64,000 nucleotides of DNA from Alphaproteobacteria bacterium (lineage in GTDB: Bacteria > Pseudomonadota > Alphaproteobacteria > CAAGCB01 > CAG-977): the NCBI GenBank assembly GCA_900768465.1, contig CAAGCY010000014.1, positions 83 to 64,082 on the forward strand, read 5' to 3'. Shown piece by piece: positions 53,300 through 61,595 of the stretch (its first letter is position 1; each line of letters opens with the position of its first letter). The notes under the pieces were generated by a model. The model made no database searches, was not told the DNA's origin, and saw only the letters and a program-made list of their open reading frames with translations. The position numbers were made by a program, and so were the translations under genes.

Positions 53300-55369
53300 T
53301 CATGCCGTCATGGCGGCTTCCATTCCGAAATCCTGCGCGAAGTCCATTCGTTGAATGTATTCAGGGGATTCGGAGTATTGGGCGAACCAGCGACGGTCTT
53401 CGGCGGAAATGCTTTCCCCTTTTTCGATTTTGTCGCGAATATCGACGGCTTTGCGGAACCTCGCCGCGGGCGTGTCAATATCGGCGGCGGGCGCAGCGTT
53501 CTGCTCCGCCTCAAACTCTTTTAAAAACGCTTCGTTTTTGGACGCTTCCTCTTCGGTCATGGGCGCAGCGGACGGCGCGGGCAAATAACGCCGCCCCATT
53601 TCCTCCAGCACTTCCTGCTGCTGTTCGCCCAATCGGGCAAGCCGTCCCTGCGCCCTTTGCTGACGTTTCTTTTCGTCATAGGCGACGGGCATAAAGGCGC
53701 GCTTGTTTTCTTCAAATCTGGCGACGCAAATCAAACGCCCCGGCAAAGTGCCGTCCCATTCGCGCACCCAAACTTTCGACGCGTCGTGAATGTCAAACCC
53801 GACGGAAACCTCTTCGTCGTGGTAGTGCGCCAGCAAAGGCGAACCGTACACGTTATTGAACAAGCTGACCAAACAGCGGGAGCATTTGCGAACCACATAC
53901 GGACGCGACAAATCGTTCACCTCCGCAGGTGTCAGAACATCGGGGCGGTAATCGGGAAAATCGGGATTTCCGGCTTCCCACGCTTCGTTCGGCGTCATGT
54001 GCCGCTTCTTTCCCGTTTCCGCATCGACAATGACGGGCAGAAAAGAATGCGGGTGGTCGTTGTAAGCGGCGAAACACCGTTCGCAATACGCGATAAAGCC
54101 TTGCCAATCGGGCAATAAGCGGCTTCTCCCGTCCTGTTTGACCTCGCGCCGATTGATGTGGAAAACCTTTTGCTTGGCTTCCGGATCCATCGGCTTGCCC
54201 ATGTATGTCGGCAACATTTTCGCCGCCTTGACCCAAATCGTCTGGTGCAGACGTTCAATCACGCCGCGCGCTTGGGAATTGTAGGCGATGCTGTTCTTTT
54301 TCGTGATGCCCAGACGGGCGCAAAACATATCGACCGTCGTGTTGTTAAACCCGTTTCCGTTGTCAACGTAGAAAACATCGGGAACGCCGTTGGTCGTCAC
54401 CGCGTGTATCAAGCTGTCCATGACGGACGCGGTCGATTCGACGATGTTCAGACTGAACCCGACGGCTTTGCGGGTATATACGTCAATAATTGTCGTAACT
54501 TCAGGGCGGAAAGGCTTGCCGTGGATCGGGTGCGCGATTTCGGCGTCGAACGTGTGTCCGTCGGCGCAATAAATCGCGCCGGGCCACAAATGCGACACGT
54601 CGCGGGAAACGTAAGCGCGGAAAGCCTTTCCCTCGCGCGCCCCGACGCGTCCCTTGTTCGCCAGCAGTTTGCCGATTTTTTCAAGGTAAAACTTCGCCTG
54701 TCTGTAACTGGGGGCAAGCGCGGGCATATTTTCCTGCATCATTTCAACGCAAGAGCTTAAAGACGGTTTTTGCGGGCGAAAATACAATCGGGCAAAAGCA
54801 TCAAACCATGCCGGAGCAACAACCTGTTCGTCCTTGGCGGGGACGGGTGTCAAGCCTTTCAATCCCGCCGTATCGCGCATTTTGTACCAGTTGAACAGGC
54901 TGGCGCGGGACAGTTTTACGGCTCCGCCCGTCTTGGCGTTCGCCTTGCGAATCAATTCAGCAAAAGACGGTTCCAGCGTTCCGTTTTTCAAACCGTTTAA
55001 CACGGCTTTAATCGCGTTGTTTTTTCCGCACGTCGCCGCCAGATTGTCAATCGCCGCCAAAACCGCGGCTCTGGCTTCCGCCGTTTCCCGCTGCCATGAC
55101 TTGGCTTCGGACAAATCGGCGTCGTCGGGACGCTCAATCACTTCTTTCGACCGCCGTTCCGGCACGTTCGACAAAGAACGGCGCGCCAGCTCTTCTTTCG
55201 CTCGGACGGGCAAAGAAGCGATATTGTATTCCTTGCCCCCGCCGCGTCCCGAACGGGGACGCGATTGCCAGTTTTCACGTTTTGCTTTATCAATGATACA
55301 GATTTTTGTTGTAGGAAGCGTGGGCAGTTTCATTTCTGCCAATTCTTGTGCCGAGAACCATTCTTTCAT
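53300..55369 (-). CDS. Mu-type DDE transposase (MuA-like)
   Basis: 689 aa; N-terminal MKEWFSAQELAEM...GGGKEYNIASLP Mu-type DNA-binding domain; DDE triad candidates CADGHTFD, YVDNGNGF, GVIERLH. Confidence 0.9.
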   Translation of the reverse strand: MKEWFSAQELAEMKLPTLPTTKICIIDKAKRENWQSRPRSGRGGGKEYNIASLPVRAKEELARRSLSNVPERRSKEVIERPDDADLSEAKSWQRETAEARAAVLAAIDNLAATCGKNNAIKAVLNGLKNGTLEPSFAELIRKANAKTGGAVKLSRASLFNWYKMRDTAGLKGLTPVPAKDEQVVAPAWFDAFARLYFRPQKPSLSSCVEMMQENMPALAPSYRQAKFYLEKIGKLLANKGRVGAREGKAFRAYVSRDVSHLWPGAIYCADGHTFDAEIAHPIHGKPFRPEVTTIIDVYTRKAVGFSLNIVESTASVMDSLIHAVTTNGVPDVFYVDNGNGFNNTTVDMFCARLGITKKNSIAYNSQARGVIERLHQTIWVKAAKMLPTYMGKPMDPEAKQKVFHINRREVKQDGRSRLLPDWQGFIAYCERCFAAYNDHPHSFLPVIVDAETGKKRHMTPNEAWEAGNPDFPDYRPDVLTPAEVNDLSRPYVVRKCSRCLVSLFNNVYGSPLLAHYHDEEVSVGFDIHDASKVWVREWDGTLPGRLICVARFEENKRAFMPVAYDEKKRQQRAQGRLARLGEQQQEVLEEMGRRYLPAPSAAPMTEEEASKNEAFLKEFEAEQNAAPAADIDTPAARFRKAVDIRDKIEKGESISAEDRRWFAQYSESPEYIQRMDFAQDFGMEAAMTA

Positions 55370-55830
55370 GACCGCCTCCGGATTTTGACAGGCGCGACTG
55401 TGTTCAATGTTTTTTGATACTTTTTCAGCTCTTCAATCTGTTGCGCGACGCGCCCGCGTTCGGCAAGCAAAGCTTCGTCGCCAAACAGCACGGTGAAACC
55501 TTCGTCTTTTAACAGCTCGTCCCACACCCGCGGCGTTTCAGCCACGCGAACCAAAACGATAAATCTGTAAAGGGTGATTTGATGGTCGGTGTTCGCTTCG
55601 CTGGAATAATTGTCCAGCATCGCTTTTGAAAAACTCGGACAATTCATGGCTTCCGCCATTTCTACGGCGATTTGCTCTCTTGTTTTGTGGCTTTCTTTTA
55701 AAATCAAAGAAACCAGACGCTTGATTTTGCCGCTCAAATCAACGGTCGCCGAAACAACCGCAGGACTGCGGACGGGATAAAACCGTTCAAACAAATCAAG
55801 CGTTTCCGTATCTTTGAATTTCTTTGACAT
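55366..55830 (-). CDS. hypothetical early protein between ner and the transposase
   Basis: 154 aa; 4-nt overlap with the A start. Confidence 0.4.
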   Translation of the reverse strand: MSKKFKDTETLDLFERFYPVRSPAVVSATVDLSGKIKRLVSLILKESHKTREQIAVEMAEAMNCPSFSKAMLDNYSSEANTDHQITLYRFIVLVRVAETPRVWDELLKDEGFTVLFGDEALLAERGRVAQQIEELKKYQKTLNTVAPVKIRRRS

Positions 55831-55834
55831 CGCT

Positions 55835-56146
55835 TTAACCTTTATCGGCGTTTACCATGACTTTGTCGCAAAAAGCATTGGCAGAAGAATCAAAAACAAT
55901 GTCTTCCGCTTCATACGGAAAAATGCCAAACCAACCGAGGCATTTTTTAGTCGAATCAAAAACGTTGATGCCGATTTCTTCATCACCGCCGTCAATCGCA
56001 GCGATAATTTCATCAACATCACTGCTTTTTATGACCAGTTCCTCCGTATCCATGACTTTAAAAACAACGTCTGGAACGGCTTTTTTGCATGACACGAGAA
56101 GATTTCTGATTGTTTTTTCGTTTTTTTCCGAAATGTATTCAGCCAT
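55835..56146 (-). CDS. hypothetical early protein
   Basis: 103 aa acidic protein. Confidence 0.4.
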   Translation of the reverse strand: MAEYISEKNEKTIRNLLVSCKKAVPDVVFKVMDTEELVIKSSDVDEIIAAIDGGDEEIGINVFDSTKKCLGWFGIFPYEAEDIVFDSSANAFCDKVMVNADKG

Positions 56147-56177
56147 GTTTCCTCCTTTTGCGACAAAAAATGTTTGT

Positions 56178-56459
56178 TTAAGCGGCTTTGCTTTTTTGAC
56201 GTTGCCGAAAGATTCGAATTCCCGTATATTTAGAGAGTCGGGAACTTTTACGGCTTCCGTCGGCGTTAAAGCGATGCGGCCACAATTTTTGAACTGGAAT
56301 GTCCAAAAATTCGGCGATGACTTTTTCGGCGGCGGGAAATGGAGTGGTTAAAGCTTTTGAACAGGCGCGGCTGGACAGCCCCGCTTTTAATGAAAGACTT
56401 TTTAAGGTCATGCCTTTACGCAGGATCATGCACTTAATTCTGACTGCTCTGACATCCAT
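56178..56459 (-). CDS. ner: Ner-like DNA-binding regulator
   Basis: 93 aa from ATG 56457-56459; ...RKGMTLKSLSLKAGLSSRACSKALTTPFPAAEKVIAEFLDIPVQKLWPHRF parallels the Mu Ner/Nlp family. Confidence 0.75.
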   Translation of the reverse strand: MDVRAVRIKCMILRKGMTLKSLSLKAGLSSRACSKALTTPFPAAEKVIAEFLDIPVQKLWPHRFNADGSRKSSRLSKYTGIRIFRQRQKSKAA

Positions 56460-56658
56460 GATTGTTCTTGACCTCTCTGGTTGAACCGACCCTGTCCGGT
56501 CGGTTTTTTCTGGGGTGTTAAATTCAACTTGTAGAATGAACATAGGACAACAAATTGGATTTGTAAAGTCTAAAATTTGCCTTACAGTTTTGTTTGTTGC
56601 CTTTTCATAGGATTGACTGTGATTTTTTCAATAAAATCAAATCGTTGAAAGAAGTGTA
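56460..56658. promoter_or_regulatory. divergent early control region (repressor / ner)
   Basis: Minus-strand promoter candidate -35 TTTACA (56562-56567), 17 bp, -10 TATGTT (56539-56544); 8-bp palindrome AACCGACC-N6-GGTCGGTT (56484-56505); GTCTAAAATT (56568-56577) resembles the end repeats. Confidence 0.45.
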
Positions 56659-57111
56659 ATGCTTGACGAAAAAACTGTTGAAAACCTTACGGTTACGGAA
56701 AAGAACCGCAAGGCTATGGCTTCCAGATGGCGTGATTTGTGGATTCGTTCAGATTTGAGCCAAGACGAATTCGCAAAAAGTTTAGAAGTTGCCCCATCAA
56801 CGTTTAAAAATTGGATTTCAGGCCGAAGCTGCCCGACCATTGATACGCTTTTGTACATCTGCGAAAAACATGATGTATCGTTTTATTGGCTTGCGACAGG
56901 GACGGAGTCCCCTGAGAAAACGTCAGGAAAGCCGGATAAAAAGGAATTGTTGCACGCCATTGAAACCGTTGAAGAAACTCTTTCTTCGGCGAAAAAAAAC
57001 ATTGAACCCTTGAAAAAAGCGGAATTGATTTTAGCCATTTACGACCTTTTCACGTCCGAAAGCAAACCTTCGCCTGCTCAGATCGTCGGCATTCTTTCAA
57101 AAATTATATAA
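56659..57111 (+). CDS. XRE-family HTH repressor (functional analogue of Mu c)
   Basis: 150 aa; SQDEFAKSLEVAPSTFKNWISGRSCPTIDTLLYICEKHDVSFYWLATG. Transcribed toward the phage end, divergent from ner. Confidence 0.75.
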   Translation: MLDEKTVENLTVTEKNRKAMASRWRDLWIRSDLSQDEFAKSLEVAPSTFKNWISGRSCPTIDTLLYICEKHDVSFYWLATGTESPEKTSGKPDKKELLHAIETVEETLSSAKKNIEPLKKAELILAIYDLFTSESKPSPAQIVGILSKII

Positions 57112-57141
57112 TTTTATCACTTTGGACGCTTTCATGCGCCA

Positions 57142-57301
57142 GTCTAAAAATAACTGTCAAAAAAGCGGATTGAGTCTAAAAAGCCCAATCCGCCATTTTT
57201 TTAATCGGTCTTTAAAATCCCTTTGAATCCGCCGTTATCCCGCTATATCCCCGTAAATCCCACTATATCCCGCTTGGTCTAAATATAAGTGTCAAGTCAC
57301 A
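57142..57301. repeat. prophage end proximal to the transposase (Mu attL-like) with GTCTAAA[A/T]AT-N3-TGTC sites
   Basis: Full copies at 57277-57293 (8 nt from the CA terminus, mirroring the other end) and 57142-57158; half-site GTCTAAAAAG at 57174-57183. Confidence 0.7.
57217..57270. repeat. six ATCC motifs phased at exactly 10 bp
   Basis: ATCC starts at 57217, 57227, 57237, 57247, 57257 and 57267. The next 10-bp step (57277) is the GTCT of the terminal end repeat. Confidence 0.85.
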
Positions 57302-57306
57302 CCAAA
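57302..57306. repeat. 5-bp target-site duplication CCAAA (right copy)
   Basis: Immediately follows the ...GTCACA terminus. Confidence 0.8.
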
Positions 57307-57374
57307 GCGTGCGATTTGACATTTTGTGTTGATAACAAAGCCGTCGAAGCGCAAAGAATCGAAAAAATCCGGCA

Positions 57375-57401
57375 ACAAAAAAAGCCCCGATAAACGGAGC
57401 T
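57375..57401 (-). terminator. intrinsic terminator after tRNA-Thr
   Basis: AGCTCCG-TTTAT-CGGGGCT followed by T7 on the minus strand. Confidence 0.55.
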
Positions 57402-57408
57402 TTTTTAA

Positions 57409-57484
<76 letters not shown>

Positions 57485-57632
57485 ACGACAAGGTTCTTTA
57501 TAACGTATTTTATAAAAACTGCAAGCGTTTTTTTTCGGACTGCGTAAAAAATTCAAAAAACACCCCTCTTGACTTTTTGTCGTTTTTGTCCAATAATTGA
57601 GTGTGTAGTAAGGAAAGAGGGGGAATTGTAAA

Positions 57633-58199
57633 ATGTCGTTGGAATCATTTTTAAACAAACCCGTTGACGTTTATCCGTCCGGAAAAACGCCCCGCGACCA
57701 TGGATTGAAAGTGTCCCGATACGGCAAACAGCTTGCCGCGATGACAACCGTCGCCGCCGCCGCCGTTGTGCTGATGGCGTCCTGCGGCGATAAATCCTAT
57801 ACTCAAATGAACGCGCTAAAAAGCAAAGTTTCCTTGACGGAACAGCGCGACATCAAACAATCCTATGACGAAGCTTTGCTGTGGAAAATCGATTCGCTCC
57901 ATTGGGACGAAGGAAGGGATTTGCAATCCGCCATTTCCGAAGCCGTGCGTTCCATGCAGACGAATCTGCCCGCCGATACGGCGCAATGGACGCCGCGGGA
58001 CTATGTTCTGTCCGACCACGCGCAACAGCGCTATAACGAGGCTCTGCCGACCGCCATCAACATAGGCTCGCTGAAAATGAATCGCATCAACAAACATTTC
58101 CGCGACGATTTGCGCGACGACATCGCCAAAGTCAACGATGCCAAAGACAAAGAATACGCGGCGCAAGCGGCGGCGCAGGCAAAGGCTTTTTCCCGCTGA
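57633..58199 (+). CDS. probable lipoprotein (start uncertain)
   Basis: 188 aa; lipobox VVLMASCG. ATG 57633 has SD GAGGGGG; the internal ATG 57741 would give a canonical signal peptide. Confidence 0.5.
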   Translation: MSLESFLNKPVDVYPSGKTPRDHGLKVSRYGKQLAAMTTVAAAAVVLMASCGDKSYTQMNALKSKVSLTEQRDIKQSYDEALLWKIDSLHWDEGRDLQSAISEAVRSMQTNLPADTAQWTPRDYVLSDHAQQRYNEALPTAINIGSLKMNRINKHFRDDLRDDIAKVNDAKDKEYAAQAAAQAKAFSR

Positions 58200-58201
58200 A
58201 A

Positions 58202-59278
58202 TCAGCGCACGGCGTCGATAATTCCGCCGCCCGCGACCAAATCGTCGTCATACAGAACAACGGACTGTCCGGGGGCGATGCCGCGTTGAGTCAATTCAAA
58301 ATCGACTTTGATTTCCGATTCGGACAAAGGCGTTGCCAAAACGGGCGTTGCGGGTTGCGACGAACGGATTTTTGCTGTAAACCGACGCGGTTCCGTTATC
58401 GGCGTCACCCCCGACCAGTTGACGTTCGACGCCGTCAAGGTGTGGCGGACGTTTTCGTCTTCAAATCCGACGATGACATTGTTTTTTTCAACGTCAAAGC
58501 CCAAAACGTACAGCGGTTTTTCGGCGGCGATGCCCAATCCTTTGCGCTGACCGACGGTATAGTTCCAAATGCCTTGATGCGTTCCCAGCACTTTGCCGTC
58601 TTTGGTAATAAAATTTCCCGCTTTGGGCTGAGTTTGCAAAATATCGTTGATGTCGCCGCTGTAAAAATCCTGACTGTCGGGTTTGTCCCCAACTTCCAGT
58701 CCGATTTCGCGCGCGATTTGACGGATTTCCGCTTTCGTTTTATCTCCTAAGGGCAACAGGATTTTTGCCAGCTGACTTTGTTCCAAACGATACAAAAAAT
58801 AAGATTGGTCTTTTTTGGCATCGGCGCCTTTCAGCAGCTGCCAGCGGTTTAAAGCCCCGTCAAAGCGCAGGCGCGCGTAATGCCCCGTCGCGAATTTGTC
58901 GAAATCCAATCCGTGTTCGCGGGCGGCTTGGGGCAAAGCTTTGAATTTGATTTTGGCGTTGCACCACACGCACGGATTCGGCGTTCTGCCCGACAGATAT
59001 TCCTGTTTGAAATTTTCCAGCACGGTTTTTTTGTAAACATCGGAACAATCCAGCGTGTAATAAGGAATATCCAGCCGTTCGCATACGGCGCGGGCGGCTT
59101 CGACGTCTTGTTCTTCGTGCGGACCGAAACACGCGTCGGCGGTTGCCGATCCGTGAAAAGCCCGCCCTTTTTCCCATATCGACATTGTCGCGCCGATGAC
59201 TTCGTGTCCCGCTTTTTTCAGCAAATACGCCGCGACCGAAGAATCGACCCCTCCGCTCATTCCGACCAAAACTTTCAT
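58202..59278 (-). CDS. mnmA: tRNA 2-thiouridine(34) synthase MnmA
   Basis: 358 aa from ATG 59276-59278; MKVLVGMSGGVDSSVAA PP-loop, CNAKIKF. Confidence 0.9.
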   Translation of the reverse strand: MKVLVGMSGGVDSSVAAYLLKKAGHEVIGATMSIWEKGRAFHGSATADACFGPHEEQDVEAARAVCERLDIPYYTLDCSDVYKKTVLENFKQEYLSGRTPNPCVWCNAKIKFKALPQAAREHGLDFDKFATGHYARLRFDGALNRWQLLKGADAKKDQSYFLYRLEQSQLAKILLPLGDKTKAEIRQIAREIGLEVGDKPDSQDFYSGDINDILQTQPKAGNFITKDGKVLGTHQGIWNYTVGQRKGLGIAAEKPLYVLGFDVEKNNVIVGFEDENVRHTLTASNVNWSGVTPITEPRRFTAKIRSSQPATPVLATPLSESEIKVDFELTQRGIAPGQSVVLYDDDLVAGGGIIDAVR

Positions 59279-59309
59279 CGCTGTATCCTTTTTTTTGAGT
59301 GTATCCGCT

Positions 59310-60146
59310 TCAAATTTTCTTTTGCCGCGCCGCTTCGACCGTGTTTTCCAACAGCATCGCAATGGTCATGGGACCTACGCCTTTGGGAACGGGGGTTATG
59401 GCGGCGCATTTGTCGAAACACGCGTCAAAATCCACGTCGCCGCACAATTTGCCGTCTTCCAATCGATTGATGCCGACATCAATCACGATGGCGCCGTCTT
59501 TAATCCAATCGGCTTTGACGGTCTTCGGCTTGCCGATTGCCGCAACGACAATATCGGCGGAACGGCACAAAGCGGGCAAGTCCCGTGTTTTGGAATGAGC
59601 CGTCGTTACCGTGCAGTTCGCGTTCAGCAACAGCTGAGCCATAGGCTTGCCCACAATGACGGAACGCCCGATGACAACGGCGCGAAGCCCCGTCAAATCC
59701 TGTTTGGCAAGGCGTATCAGCCGCATACAGCCCTTTGGCGTGCAGGCGACGGGCGCGGGTTCGCCGATAAGCAGCTTGCCCAAATTCAAAGGGTGAAAGC
59801 CGTCAACATCCTTGGCGGGATTGATGGTTTGCAGAATTTCTTGTTCGTTCAAAGGCGCGGGCAACGGCATTTGCACCAAAATCCCGTCCACCGTTTCATC
59901 GGCGTTCAGCTGTTCGATTAAAGCCGTCAATTCCTCCTGCGTCGCGCTGTCCAAGCGGTAAACCAGAGATTCGACACCGACTTCGGCGGCGGCTTTTTCC
60001 TTGTTGCGGACGTAAATCGCGGACGCGGGATTGTCGCCGACCAAAATGACGGTAAGCTTCGGCGCGCGCGGCATCGCTTTGACCCGTTCCGCCAGTTCCG
60101 CGCGGCATTGTTTTGCCAGTTCAAACCCGTTCAACAGCAAAGTCAT
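59310..60146 (-). CDS. folD: bifunctional methylenetetrahydrofolate dehydrogenase/cyclohydrolase FolD
   Basis: 278 aa; GDNPASAIYVRNK, VIGRSVIVGKPMA, PVPKGVGPMT. Confidence 0.9.
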   Translation of the reverse strand: MTLLLNGFELAKQCRAELAERVKAMPRAPKLTVILVGDNPASAIYVRNKEKAAAEVGVESLVYRLDSATQEELTALIEQLNADETVDGILVQMPLPAPLNEQEILQTINPAKDVDGFHPLNLGKLLIGEPAPVACTPKGCMRLIRLAKQDLTGLRAVVIGRSVIVGKPMAQLLLNANCTVTTAHSKTRDLPALCRSADIVVAAIGKPKTVKADWIKDGAIVIDVGINRLEDGKLCGDVDFDACFDKCAAITPVPKGVGPMTIAMLLENTVEAARQKKI

Positions 60147-60466
60147 GACAGTTCCTCCAGTTTTTGGATGATTGTTTCGGCGTCGCCTTCTATCAGCAGC
60201 GTTTTCGCCCTGTCCGTCGCACCCGCAATCAAGCTTATCGCACTTTTGGCGATTTTCAGCTGTTTGGCAAGCGTTTTTATCAAAGCTTCGTTTGCTTTGC
60301 CGTCAACGGGCGGCGCGTTGACCGCGATTTTCAGCCGCTCCGAACCGTCGGGATCGGTATAAACGCCCTCGACGCCTTCGCGTTTGGCTTTGGGCGACAA
60401 GCGGACGAACAGCTTGACGCCGCTGGCGGCGGGCGCGAAAAATTTACAGCGATTGGGCAAAGACAT
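60143..60466 (-). CDS. DUF167 (YggU-like) protein
   Basis: 107 aa from ATG 60464-60466; ...LKIAVNAPPVDGKANEALIKTLAK. Confidence 0.75.
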   Translation of the reverse strand: MSLPNRCKFFAPAASGVKLFVRLSPKAKREGVEGVYTDPDGSERLKIAVNAPPVDGKANEALIKTLAKQLKIAKSAISLIAGATDRAKTLLIEGDAETIIQKLEELS

Positions 60467-60761
60467 ACAGCATCCGCGGAATAAACTGCGCCGCAAAATA
60501 CAACACAAACAACGCCAGCAAAGACGATACGTCCACCATGCCGACGGGGGAAACAAAGCGGCGGAAGAAGTTGAAATACCAGTCCGTCAAGGAATGAATC
60601 ACATCCGAAATCACGCGCACGATTTTGTTGTAGGTGTTGACAATGCCGAACGCTTCCAGCCAGCTTAAAACAATCGCGGCGAAAACCACTTTGATATACA
60701 AATCGAACACAATAATCATCACGGGAATCAAAGACAGCAGGAATTGTTGCAAAACAGCCAT
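60444..60761 (-). CDS. YggT family membrane protein
   Basis: 105 aa; hydrophobic, upstream of DUF167 as in many bacteria. Confidence 0.75.
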   Translation of the reverse strand: MAVLQQFLLSLIPVMIIVFDLYIKVVFAAIVLSWLEAFGIVNTYNKIVRVISDVIHSLTDWYFNFFRRFVSPVGMVDVSSLLALFVLYFAAQFIPRMLYVFAQSL

Positions 60762-61595
60762 TTACATATTCTCCAAAGCGGTTGCCATCGCGCAAAAATC
60801 GTTGACGGAAAGTTCTTCCGCGCGGGCGGTTGACGGAACATTCGCGGCGTCGCACAACGCTTGCGCGTCACCCAAACATTTCAAAGACGACCTTAACATT
60901 TTTCGCCGCTGATTGAAAGCGGCGGCCGTTACCTTTTCCAGCAAATCCCCGCGCGCGGGGGCGAGCGGTTTTTCCCGCGGCTTCAAATACACGATTGCGG
61001 ACGTGACTTTCGGCGGCGGCGTAAAGCACGACGGCGGAACGGTAAACAAAATTTGCGCTTCGCACAGCCATTGCGTCAATATCGACAATCTGCCGTAATC
61101 GGCTGTGCGGGGCTTGGCAACCAGCCGTTCCGCCACTTCCTTTTGAAACATCAGCGTAAAGCCCGCAAAATCCCGCGCGCGTTTCAGCCAGCCCGTCAAC
61201 AGCAGCGTGCCGACGTTATACGGCAAATTCGATATGACGACACGCGGGGCATTCCCCAACGCCGCCGCGTCAACCGTCAAAGCGTCCGTGTTCATCACGG
61301 TCATGCGGTCGGGAAAAGCGGCTTGGATTTGTTCCAAAATCGGCATACAGCGTTCGTCTTTTTCGATGACGGTCAGCCGTTTTGCGCCGTTTTCCAAAAT
61401 CGCGCGGGTCAATCCCCCCGGACCGGGACCGACTTCTATCACCGTGCCGTTGTCAAAAGCGTCCGCATTGCGCGATTTGGCGGCGCGGACAATCTTGTCC
61501 AGCAGATTGGTATCCAAAATAAAGTTCTGCCCCAGCGTTTTTTTCGCAAACAAGCCGTTTTGGGCGATGACTTCCCTGAGAGGCGGTAAAATCAT
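60762..61595 (-). CDS. rsmA: 16S rRNA (adenine1518/1519-N6)-dimethyltransferase RsmA/KsgA
   Basis: 277 aa; KKTLGQNFILD, VIEVGPGPGGLT, VISNLPYNVG. Confidence 0.9.
   Translation of the reverse strand: MILPPLREVIAQNGLFAKKTLGQNFILDTNLLDKIVRAAKSRNADAFDNGTVIEVGPGPGGLTRAILENGAKRLTVIEKDERCMPILEQIQAAFPDRMTVMNTDALTVDAAALGNAPRVVISNLPYNVGTLLLTGWLKRARDFAGFTLMFQKEVAERLVAKPRTADYGRLSILTQWLCEAQILFTVPPSCFTPPPKVTSAIVYLKPREKPLAPARGDLLEKVTAAAFNQRRKMLRSSLKCLGDAQALCDAANVPSTARAEELSVNDFCAMATALENM

Larger units (their letters stand above)
20771..57301 (-). mobile_element. Mu-like transposable prophage, 36,531 bp (phage map runs right to left in window coordinates)
   Basis: DDE transposase A + AAA+ B + Ner + GemA + Mor + Mu gp27/28/29/F-like head genes + Mu gp43-48-like baseplate genes + Com; TG...CA termini, terminal inverted repeats, 5-bp TSD; no integrase. 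Confidence 0.9.
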
